NCBI GenBank assembly: GCA_963717145.1
Contig: OY970325.1
Location: 2,528,001-2,592,000 of the forward strand
Reading direction: 5' to 3'
DNA: 64,000 bases
Source: an uncultured Armatimonadetes bacterium
GTDB lineage: Bacteria > Armatimonadota > UBA5829 > DTJY01
Position 1 is the first letter of the stretch, and each line of letters opens with the position of its first letter. Positions 1 through 8,407 of the stretch are shown in pieces. The position numbers were made by a program, and so were the translations under genes. The notes below the pieces were generated by a model that ran no database searches, was not told the origin of the DNA, and saw only the letters and a list, made by a program, of their open reading frames with translations.

Positions 1-2011
1 CGTGGCCGACGCCCTCCTCCAGGCAGTCACTCCCGCTGGTGTGGACATCGGCGACTATGGCCATGTTCTTGTCGGTCTCGCTGGTGATCTCATACCACTT
101 CGTCGGTTGACCCTCCATGACCGAGAGCGTCAACCTCTCCAAGTCGGCCCCATAGTACCTGATCTGTTCGTATTCCTGCTCGGTGAGCTTCTTGTTCGTA
201 AGCTCCTTGACCGATATGTCTCTTAGGAAGGTGAGCAGATCTTCGAACTGGCTGAACTTCTCGGCTACCTCGTCAGTGATGAGATCGCGAGACTTCAACC
301 CTGCTCTCGACGCCTTGGTCAGCCAAAGGAGCCGGTTATAGAACTCGACGTTCGGCTCGACGTATCCTTTGGGCATGGGACGGAATTCCCCGCCGCCGCA
401 CTCAATACCACTCTGCTTGCCATACAGGATGGTATCGTGCCGAAGCTCGGCCCAGCTTCCGAGCGCTGTGTTCAGGCCCTTATCCGTCCACGCCTGGTTT
501 GTCATAAACGATGGATAGCCTTTCCCGAACGGCTCGATCAGCGAATCGAGGCTCCAGAGCCATCCCCAATAGAGATTCGAGCGCCAGGTGCTCCCCGGCG
601 TTTTGTCGAACTGCTTGCGGAGGCTCGTCCGTCGGGGTACATAGTCATCCCAGTGCGACGGCTCCTTGTAGACGTTGTCCAGGATATCGACCGCCCGGTC
701 CGAGCCAAGGACCGCCATCACGTCGAGTCCTCTCGGGAATGGACGCTCAGGATACATCGAGAGCTTCTGGAGGATCTCGCTGTCCGGAATGTAGCGCTGG
801 CCCATGAACTTGAATTGCCGGCCCATCGGCATCTGACCCTTGCCCTTACGGATATCGAAGAGCCTCACGTCGATCCTCGGATACGGGAGCTTCATCAACT
901 CGTTATAGACCTGCTGGAGCTTCTTCTGGTCCTGAAGCTCGTTATAGCTTACGTTTGGGCCGTAGACCTTGTCCATCACCGCCTTGTACTGGTATGGAGT
1001 CAGGTCGTCGGCCTTCCCGACGTAGAAGGCGGTCGGCTCATAGATGCGGTCCCAAGCCTCGATCGCCGGCTTTCCCTTCACGTTGGCATCATAGAGCATC
1101 TTGGTGATCAGCAGCGCCTGCCTGATCTGAGGCCACGCCGGGTCGCCGATGAAGTCGCCGGTCGCGTGATTGGCCCCCGTGATCGGCCAGATAACGGGGA
1201 ACGACATGAAGCCATACCACATCATCGACCGGAAGAACTTCTTCAGCGGCTCACTCCTGGTATAGTGACCGCGCGGTATGAACTGCGAGTAGTCGGGCTG
1301 CCAAGGGAAGAGCGCCGACTGCACGCGGCCGGACGCCTTGCCTATGAGATTGAGTTCTGCGGCCAAAATCTTCTGCTGACCGGCTGTTGGAAGCTTCACG
1401 TTCTGCCCGATCAGCTTGGCGGGAACGGCGAAGTAGACCTGGTTATCGGCGGCGGCCTTCTTCCACGCCGGATCGGTCATCTCCTTGGCGACGGCGTTGC
1501 TCTCCTTCACCATCGACGCTGTGAGCGAGCTGAGTTGGTCGTACAGCTTGCTGGTTTCCACCTTGCGCAGGGTGAAATCGTAGAAGATGTGATAGACCTG
1601 CAGGACGCTGTCGGTCGTGACGAAGCTTCCGACATTCTTGTAGTCGTTGTTCTCGTAGATGAAGAAGAGCTGCTGCTCGTTGGTGGGAGCGCCGAAGAAC
1701 CCATTCTTCGCGAGCAGCGCCTTCTGCTCGGCGGTGAATGTGCCGAACTCCTTCCAGTTGACGACGTTACTCATATCGGCCTTGACCGTATATGAGGCGA
1801 CCGACGCCTTTACCGTCAACGGCTTGTAGGGAATATCGAACCCCTTCGGCGGGAGTTTCACCAACACGGGGGCAGCAGGCGTGGCGGATGGCGGCTTGCT
1901 CAATGCGATCGGCGCGGCCTTCTCCTTCGCGCCCCACATGCCGTGAGTCGCGTAGACGACTGCGGCAATGAGCGCGACTGCCAGGATGATGACGAGATAC
2001 TTCCTCTTCAT
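1..2011 (-). CDS. DUF3160 domain-containing secreted protein (3' end runs off window)
   Basis: Manual minus-strand translation from ATG at 2011 (overlaps the upstream stop, ATGA): signal peptide MKRKYLVIILAVALIAAVV, then NGFFG...FVTTDSVLQVYHIFYDFTLR, as recalled for DUF3160. Missing from the ORF track, presumably because it has no stop in the window. Confidence 0.8.
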   Translation of the reverse strand, partial: MKRKYLVIILAVALIAAVVYATHGMWGAKEKAAPIALSKPPSATPAAPVLVKLPPKGFDIPYKPLTVKASVASYTVKADMSNVVNWKEFGTFTAEQKALLAKNGFFGAPTNEQQLFFIYENNDYKNVGSFVTTDSVLQVYHIFYDFTLRKVETSKLYDQLSSLTASMVKESNAVAKEMTDPAWKKAAADNQVYFAVPAKLIGQNVKLPTAGQQKILAAELNLIGKASGRVQSALFPWQPDYSQFIPRGHYTRSEPLKKFFRSMMWYGFMSFPVIWPITGANHATGDFIGDPAWPQIRQALLITKMLYDANVKGKPAIEAWDRIYEPTAFYVGKADDLTPYQYKAVMDKVYGPNVSYNELQDQKKLQQVYNELMKLPYPRIDVRLFDIRKGKGQMPMGRQFKFMGQRYIPDSEILQKLSMYPERPFPRGLDVMAVLGSDRAVDILDNVYKEPSHWDDYVPRRTSLRKQFDKTPGSTWRSNLYWGWLWSLDSLIEPFGKGYPSFMTNQAWTDKGLNTALGSWAELRHDTILYGKQSGIECGGGEFRPMPKGYVEPNVEFYNRLLWLTKASRAGLKSRDLITDEVAEKFSQFEDLLTFLRDISVKELTNKKLTEQEYEQIRYYGADLERLTLSVMEGQPTKWYEITSETDKNMAIVADVHTSGSDCLEEGVGH

Positions 2012-2760
2012 GGACTTACCTCCTTAACCTGCAGACTGTTGTCCTTCCAGACATATGACCTGGTGGATGAACCGCTTCTCACCCGGATGGACCGCTTGTT
2101 CGCCTCCAGGCCCGTCAGCTTCTCAGCACCTGCTCCATTCCACTCGCGCGTGACGCCGAACCCGTCCCACTTGTAGACCGCAAGCTCGTCCGCGCCATCC
2201 CTGGTCTGTTCGACGGCCACGACGCGGACTCCTGAGCCGAGGTCTGCGAGCACGAAATCACTGAATGGCCGGGAGAGCCTTGATCCGAGCCACTTGGGGT
2301 ACATCGTCTTGCCGTCCCAACTGTAGATGAACGGCCGATTCGCCATGATGGGATGGAAGTGCGCCGTCTTGTAGACTCCGACCATCAGGTCGTCGCTGCC
2401 GTCGCCATCGACGTCGCCGATCTGGAGCTTCCACGGCTTGAGGGATTGCGACAGGCCGCTCCACATCTCCTCGAGGGCATCCGGCGTGACCTCGCACAGG
2501 CTCACCGGCTTCTCCCCGTCGGTCAGGACCGCGAGGCACCGTTTGCCATTGAAATCGGCGAGGAGTATCCGCTTGACCCGGACCCCATCGAGCCGGAGAC
2601 GCCTCGCACCGACCTCGATTTCGGAATGGCCGTCGAAGTTGCGCGCGGTCGCCTGCATGCCAGCGAGTGACGTGGTAATGGCCTCAGCCTTATGAGTAGG
2701 CCGAGCACAGCCTGCGATGAGCAGAAAGCTGAGGATGCAAAGACAAGAGATGGTTCGCAC
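2008..2760 (-). CDS. Lipoprotein with FG-GAP/VCBS-like Ca-binding motif
   Basis: Lipobox LIAGC; GDVDGDGSDDLMVGV motif; translationally coupled to the DUF3160 gene. Confidence 0.7.
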   Translation of the reverse strand: MRTISCLCILSFLLIAGCARPTHKAEAITTSLAGMQATARNFDGHSEIEVGARRLRLDGVRVKRILLADFNGKRCLAVLTDGEKPVSLCEVTPDALEEMWSGLSQSLKPWKLQIGDVDGDGSDDLMVGVYKTAHFHPIMANRPFIYSWDGKTMYPKWLGSRLSRPFSDFVLADLGSGVRVVAVEQTRDGADELAVYKWDGFGVTREWNGAGAEKLTGLEANKRSIRVRSGSSTRSYVWKDNSLQVKEVSP

Positions 2761-2764
2761 GTCA

Positions 2765-3914
2765 TCAGTTCATACGACCAGACCGGTCAATCTGTTTCGC
2801 TAAGTCGATGTGCTCTTCTATCGCCTCCACGTAATACTTGTCATGGTTCTCCGCCAAGTCGGTTAGCCCGGAATTCGCGAACCCAACCGCTTCTCGTGCC
2901 CGTTTTCGTATCTCTGGGTCCATCGTGCCGGCCTTCCGCCCCGTCACGAGCGTGAAGTCGCCCAACGCCTGGCAGCCGATATCGACGAAGCCCGCCTTGT
3001 GGAGGAAGTCGAACATCTCGTCCTCGGTGTACGCACCCATCCGCATGTTGAACAACGCCGCCGAGAGCGGTCCGTTCTTCTCAGGGTACAGGACGAAGTC
3101 GCGGATGATGATCAGACCGCCGGGAACGAGGGCATCGAAGGCCTTTGGAGGGATGAGGTCGCCCCTGCTGCCGTGCATCATGCTCGACACGAGCACGACA
3201 TCGTAGCCCTCGCCGAATGGGACCTGCTCGATGTCGCCGACTTGGAACTTCACCCGGTCGGCCATCCCGTAAGAGCCGACCACGCGGTTGAAGATCGGCT
3301 CCGTCTCCGGCAGATCGAAGATCGTGGCGCTCAGTTCAGGATACTCGCGGCAGAGGCAGACGGACATCGTGCCCGGACCGCCGCCGAGATCGAGGAGGCG
3401 CTTCCGGCCGCTCAGATCGAGTGCATCGGCGAGCCGCTCGGCCTCGCCGTTTACCGCGAAGTCGTGCATCGCCTCGATGAACCGCTCATGGATGAAGCCT
3501 TCGGGCACGTTGTGCTTGGCTCGGTATTGAGCCAGGATGTCATTGCTGAGGTCGTTGAAGGGGCCCCGACCAGCCGCCTGTGAGCCAGATCGCATCGCCG
3601 ATGTAGTCGGGCTTCCCGTGGACGAGGTAGCGGTCGGCGATGAGGCTGTTCGTGAAGCACTCCCCGTCGGTGACGAGCAGCCCGATCGACACGGCGACGA
3701 GGAGCACTTTCTCCAGCGCCGACTGCTCGACTCCGGTACGCTCCGAGAGGCCCGCCAGAGTAAGCGAACCGCCCGCGAGTTCGGTGAAGATCTCGATGTT
3801 GTTCGCGACGGCGAATGCCCGCGATGCCTCGAACGCCCGCGCGATCCCGAAGAGATCATCCGGCGTCTCCGCCGGGATGCTGTATCCGTTCTCGATTCCT
3901 CGCTTGTTGGACAT
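2765..3914 (-). CDS. SAM-dependent O-methyltransferase (dimerisation + Methyltransf_2), split by a 1-nt frameshift near 3560
   Basis: N-half in ORF 3540..3998 (ARAFEASRAFAVANNIEIF...); C-half in ORF 2765..3859 (LLDLGGGPG SAM motif); the halves join if one base of ggggcccc at about 3560-3567 is removed. Confidence 0.75.
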
Positions 3915-3925
3915 ATCCCCTCCTG

Positions 3926-4753
3926 TCAAGCCTTGATTCCTGACATGACTATACCCTTGATGAAGTACCTCTGCGCGGCGACGAAGAGAATGATGCACGG
4001 CGTGATGTGAATCAGCGACGCGGCCATGAGCAGTTCGAGCTGCCCGCCGTACATATCCTGGAACATGCGCAGGCCGATCGAAACCGTGTACTTATCGAGC
4101 GTGTGCAGGTAGATCAGCGGCCCCATGAACTCATCCCAGTGGCCGATGAACGAGAAGATCACCACCGTGGTGAGCGCCGGCTTCGAGAGGGGCAGGATGA
4201 TCCGCCACCAGATGCCGAAGTACGAGCAGCCGTCGATCATCGCCGCCTCGTCGAGGTCGCGGGGGATCGTCATGAAGAACTGACGCAGGAGGAAGATCGT
4301 GAACGCCCCGCCGCCGAAGTAGGCGGGTATGATCAACGGCGCGAACGTGTCGATCAACCGGAAGCTGCGCCAGATCAGGAACGTCGGGATCATCGTGACT
4401 TGGTGCGGAAGCATCATCGTGCCGAGCAGCATGTAGAAGAGCGCCGTTCGACCACTGAACTTGAACCGGGCGAACCCATATGCCACCAGCGACGCCGAGA
4501 ACAACTGTCCGATGAGGCACATGACCGTCACGAACACCGTGTTCCCGAGGAACCTCATGAACGGCAGCACGGTCCATGCCTTAGCGAAGTTGCTCCACAT
4601 GAACGGATGCGGTATCCACTCGATCGGCACGGCACGGACCTGTGCGGCGCCCTTGAGCGCCGAGGTGACCGACCAGAAGAACGGCACACTGACGATCGCC
4701 GCTCCGACGACGAGAAGCGCATATATGGCTGTCCGGCCAGCGAATCTACCCAT
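3926..4753 (-). CDS. Carbohydrate ABC transporter permease (MalG-like)
   Basis: EAA loop DLDEAAMIDGCS; multiple TM segments. Confidence 0.95.
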   Translation of the reverse strand: MGRFAGRTAIYALLVVGAAIVSVPFFWSVTSALKGAAQVRAVPIEWIPHPFMWSNFAKAWTVLPFMRFLGNTVFVTVMCLIGQLFSASLVAYGFARFKFSGRTALFYMLLGTMMLPHQVTMIPTFLIWRSFRLIDTFAPLIIPAYFGGGAFTIFLLRQFFMTIPRDLDEAAMIDGCSYFGIWWRIILPLSKPALTTVVIFSFIGHWDEFMGPLIYLHTLDKYTVSIGLRMFQDMYGGQLELLMAASLIHITPCIILFVAAQRYFIKGIVMSGIKA

Positions 4754-4760
4754 CAGGCTT

Positions 4761-4801
4761 CATACTCCCACACTCCCATACTCCCACACTCCCATACTCA
4801 C
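4761..4801. repeat. Octamer tandem repeat (CA[T/C]ACTCC)n
   Basis: catactcccacactcccatactcccacactcccatactc; related units at about 29800-29830 and 55702-55722. Confidence 0.8.
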
Positions 4802-5760
4802 TTCGCGTCCCCCTCATAGTGCACCCAAGTGCTCGAGTGCTTGAACTGGATCAGCGTGAATACGAACAGAATGATGAACAGCACCCACGCCAGCGCCGCC
4901 GCGTAGCCCATGTGGAACTGCTCGAATGCGTGCCGGTAGAGATAGAGCACGTAGAAGAGCGTCGCGTTGTTCGGGCCGCCGCCGGTCATGACATACGCCG
5001 CCGTGAAGACCTGGAACGCGCCGATGACCCCGAGCACCATGTTGAAGAAGATTGTCGGCGTCAGGAGCGGGAGCGTCACGTGCCGGAACTGAGCGAGCGC
5101 CCCTGCCCCATCGATCCGCGCGGCCTCATAGTACTCGTCGGCGATCCCCTGCAGGCCCGCGAGGAAGATGATCATCCGCCCGCCACCGATCCCCCATAGG
5201 CTCATCAGGATGAACGCCGGGAGCGCCCACGTGCTCGACTGCAGCCACTCGGGCGGGTGCGCGATCAATGGATGGTATGCGATGCCGTGAAGCGTCGGGA
5301 GCGGGACGTTCATCGTCAGGAAGCTGTTCAGGATGCCGCGCTCGGGATGGAAGACCCACATCCAAACCAAAGCCGACGCGACCGCCGGGGTGAGCGCCGG
5401 GAGGTAGAAGAGGGTCCGGAAGACCGTGACGCCCTTGACCTTCTGGTTGAGCAGAACCGCCAGAAGAAGCGAGCCGGTCAGGCCCATCGGGACGGAGAAC
5501 AGGACGTAGAGCGCGGTGTTCGTGAGCGACTTGAAGAAGACCTCCTGCTCGCTGCCCACGAACATGCGCTGGTAGTTGCCCACGCCGACAAACGTGACAT
5601 GCTGCAGGTCGTACTTGCAGAAGCTGAGTACCAGTGACGCGAGCATCGGCCCGGCGGTGAAGATGACGAACCCCAGCAGCCAGGGACAGATGAACAGGAA
5701 TCCCCAGAAGGAGGCACGGTGAGTCAGCGGTTTCTTCGATTGTTGGCTAGGTTTCGACAT
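4798..5760 (-). CDS. Carbohydrate ABC transporter permease (MalF-like)
   Basis: FLAGLQGI..YYEAARIDGAG EAA motif; TM segments. Confidence 0.95.
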   Translation of the reverse strand: MSKPSQQSKKPLTHRASFWGFLFICPWLLGFVIFTAGPMLASLVLSFCKYDLQHVTFVGVGNYQRMFVGSEQEVFFKSLTNTALYVLFSVPMGLTGSLLLAVLLNQKVKGVTVFRTLFYLPALTPAVASALVWMWVFHPERGILNSFLTMNVPLPTLHGIAYHPLIAHPPEWLQSSTWALPAFILMSLWGIGGGRMIIFLAGLQGIADEYYEAARIDGAGALAQFRHVTLPLLTPTIFFNMVLGVIGAFQVFTAAYVMTGGGPNNATLFYVLYLYRHAFEQFHMGYAAALAWVLFIILFVFTLIQFKHSSTWVHYEGDAK

Positions 5761-6658
5761 GCTGTGATATGTCCACGCCTTTGGCGGCTAACCGATCCAG
5801 GAAGTAGTTCCCAAATGCAGTGACTCGAGGACATGCGCTCGCCGATCTCATTCCACGCTCGTCCTCGGAGATGTCTCCATACCGTAACTCGAACACATCC
5901 CTTACCAAGCCGGCCCACGGTTCACCCACATACTGATCGTATGCATCAGGAACGTGCATCTTGTTGAATAGGAACTCGCCGGTTTCAAGAAAGACCATCG
6001 CACGGGCGAAGTGGAGGATTCTCAGTGAGACCCGATGGATCCCGCCGTAGCCTCGATCCTCGCTCTCGGGGTCTGGATCGGTGAGCGGCAGGACAATCTT
6101 GCACTCCAGCGGGTGTGAGCCGTCGGTCGGGCGGCAGTGAGCCTGCTTGATCCAACAGAACGGAGACTCAAGCACGTGTTGAAGCATATCCTCCGGTCGG
6201 CTGGAAACGATCCGCGGACGGATGTCCTCGCCCCACAGGAGCTTGCTATGCTCCTTGACCGCGAGCTTCAGAACCGGCCCGCACCGCAAGCTGTCGTACA
6301 GCTCGGCGAAATCCGCCGGATCGTAGAACGGCCTCTCGACATAGTTGTACATCGGATCGAGGTTGTACTCCATCAGACGGCTCAGGTGTGCGACGATGCC
6401 GAGTCCCGTTCGACTGCACTCCTCATCAGCGCCGTCCTTCCATACGAGACAACAGTCGATGTCGCTGTCCGGCGCGACACCGCCGTGCGCATAACTCCCG
6501 ATCACGAAGAACGCGCGCAGAGAGTCGCCCACCGCAATCCCGAGCGTGTTGGCCAGACAGAACAGGAAGTCATCGATCCTGTCATCGCCAGTTGGCTCGA
6601 TGAGGTCCGATGCCTCGATGCGCGGGAATCTACTGTGTATCGCCTCTGCCCTGGTCAT
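5747..6658 (-). CDS. Nucleotidyltransferase (Pol-beta superfamily) domain protein
   Basis: hGS..G....SDhD motif (FVIGSYAHGGVAPDSDIDCCLV); likely start is ATG 6658, just after the upstream stop. Confidence 0.75.
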   Translation of the reverse strand: MTRAEAIHSRFPRIEASDLIEPTGDDRIDDFLFCLANTLGIAVGDSLRAFFVIGSYAHGGVAPDSDIDCCLVWKDGADEECSRTGLGIVAHLSRLMEYNLDPMYNYVERPFYDPADFAELYDSLRCGPVLKLAVKEHSKLLWGEDIRPRIVSSRPEDMLQHVLESPFCWIKQAHCRPTDGSHPLECKIVLPLTDPDPESEDRGYGGIHRVSLRILHFARAMVFLETGEFLFNKMHVPDAYDQYVGEPWAGLVRDVFELRYGDISEDERGMRSASACPRVTAFGNYFLDRLAAKGVDISQHVET

Positions 6659-6660
6659 CT

Positions 6661-7938
6661 CTACCAATCCTCCTCGTTGAGCGCCTGCTCGATCCTCGGC
6701 TTCATGAACGCGACCGCTTCCTTCGCGTCCAACTCGTTCGTCCACATGCGACTCAGGCCGCGATTGAGTTCTGTTGTCCACTGGATGAACTTCTTGTCGA
6801 TCGGCGGGCGCTTGCCGTAATCCATCTCGCTTCGGAACACGTCGGTATGGTATGGACGAGTGTGCGCCACCAGGTACTCCGGATCGTTGTAGACGCTCTT
6901 GCGCGTGGTGATCCAGCGCCGAAGCTTGCCGCAGATGTACATCTCCGACTTCGCGCTCGTCACGTACTTTACGAATTCGTATGCCTCCCGGGGATGCTTG
7001 CTCTCGATGTAGGTCGCCATCACGTTGCCCTTGAGCGGAGTGAACCTCCCCGCCGGACCCGCGGGCACCGGCGCGACGTCCCACTCGAACGCGCCCTTCG
7101 AGCCCTCAAGGATCACCGCCGTCTGCCCCGACCAGCCGAAGTACATGGCGATCCGTCCCGACTCGAAGCTGAACGCAGACATCGCGCCCTCCGCCGGGGT
7201 CGGCAGGACGTGATGCTTCCATCGGAGGTCCTTCATGAACTGGAGCGCGCGGATCGACTCCGGCGAGTCGAGCACGCAGCGCTTGTAGTCCGGCGTCACG
7301 AGTTCGCCGCCGAACGACCAGATCACGGTCCAGTGATGCGGCATCAGCGTCCCGAACTGAGTGTATCGCCCGCTCGAATCCTTCTTGGTGAGCGCCTTCG
7401 CGGCTTCAAGGTACTCCTTCCAGGTCCAGTGGCCCGCCGCATACTGCTCGTAGGGATCGGGGATGCCGGCCTCGCGGAACAGCGTCTTGTTGTAGTAGAG
7501 GACCTGCCCGCCGAACGCGATGTTGAACCCGTAGAGATGCCCGTTGTATGAGCACTCCACGATCGGCTGAGGGAAATAGTCGTTGATGTCCAAAGTCGGG
7601 TCGTTCTTGACGAACTCGTCGATCGGGCGGAAGTACCCCTTGCGGACGAGCGCCGGGAAGTAGTGCAGCTCGACCTTCATGACATCGGGGGCGGTCCGGC
7701 TGGCGAGCATGATCTGCTGCTTCTGGTGGTAAACCGAGTCCGGCACCATGAAGAGCTTGACCTTGATGCGCGGGTTGTCCCGCTCGAAGTTGTCGATGAT
7801 CTGCTGCTCGACCTTGAGGTGGCTGGCGTTCCCCCAGGCCATGTAGGTGATGGTAACGACGCCCGTGTCTCGGCGCGCGCATCCGCCGATGAAAACGAGC
7901 ATGAATGCAGCGATCAGATGGATTCGTGCGCGGGTCAA
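6661..7938 (-). CDS. Sugar ABC transporter substrate-binding lipoprotein
   Basis: Lipobox IGGC; LYYNKTLF..AGI, WTW, F..G.IAM motifs. Confidence 0.92.
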   Translation of the reverse strand: MTRARIHLIAAFMLVFIGGCARRDTGVVTITYMAWGNASHLKVEQQIIDNFERDNPRIKVKLFMVPDSVYHQKQQIMLASRTAPDVMKVELHYFPALVRKGYFRPIDEFVKNDPTLDINDYFPQPIVECSYNGHLYGFNIAFGGQVLYYNKTLFREAGIPDPYEQYAAGHWTWKEYLEAAKALTKKDSSGRYTQFGTLMPHHWTVIWSFGGELVTPDYKRCVLDSPESIRALQFMKDLRWKHHVLPTPAEGAMSAFSFESGRIAMYFGWSGQTAVILEGSKGAFEWDVAPVPAGPAGRFTPLKGNVMATYIESKHPREAYEFVKYVTSAKSEMYICGKLRRWITTRKSVYNDPEYLVAHTRPYHTDVFRSEMDYGKRPPIDKKFIQWTTELNRGLSRMWTNELDAKEAVAFMKPRIEQALNEEDW

Positions 7939-8191
7939 CTTACCCTCTGGCAGAGTGATCGCCCCTCACAGGGACGTGCCAGAGTATTACTCACCACCCG
8001 CGCCTTTTCCTTCAGATCAGGGTCTGGAGTAGTACAGGTGCGCACTACCGTCGTCGTCGGATCAGTGCGCCGAGTGCGAGAGGCCGCCTCCGAGCGCCCG
8101 AGCTGCCCCCGCAAGCGAGGCCTTGCCCTCATGCACGTTCCGAGGCACGTGAAAGCGATGCACGTGCGTCTACACCAGACAATCCGACTGC

Positions 8192-8221
8192 TTGACATTC
8201 CGGGCCGCCCGACCTTACACT
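8192..8221 (+). promoter_or_regulatory. Putative sigma70 promoter for the 8408-11918 locus
   Basis: TTGACA-N18-TACACT. Confidence 0.4.
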
Positions 8222-8407
8222 GTGAATCACCAAAGTGACATGCGTAGAGCTGCGAGGCAACACTATGGTAGAAGAGACCAAGTACGTCTGGTGGACGCTA
8301 TCCTATACGCCCCGAAGTTGGGTGGAATTTCCCTGCATGTCCTATTCCTGCTTTACATTTATTGCATCGCATGCCGGCTGTAGAGCTGCTGGACCAAGGA
8401 GTACATT

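Noticed and set aside
437-1795. 452-aa plus-strand ORF and many similar long antisense ORFs (e.g. 41324-42748, 56926-58389)
   Set aside because: Shadow ORFs opposite recognisable genes in high-GC DNA
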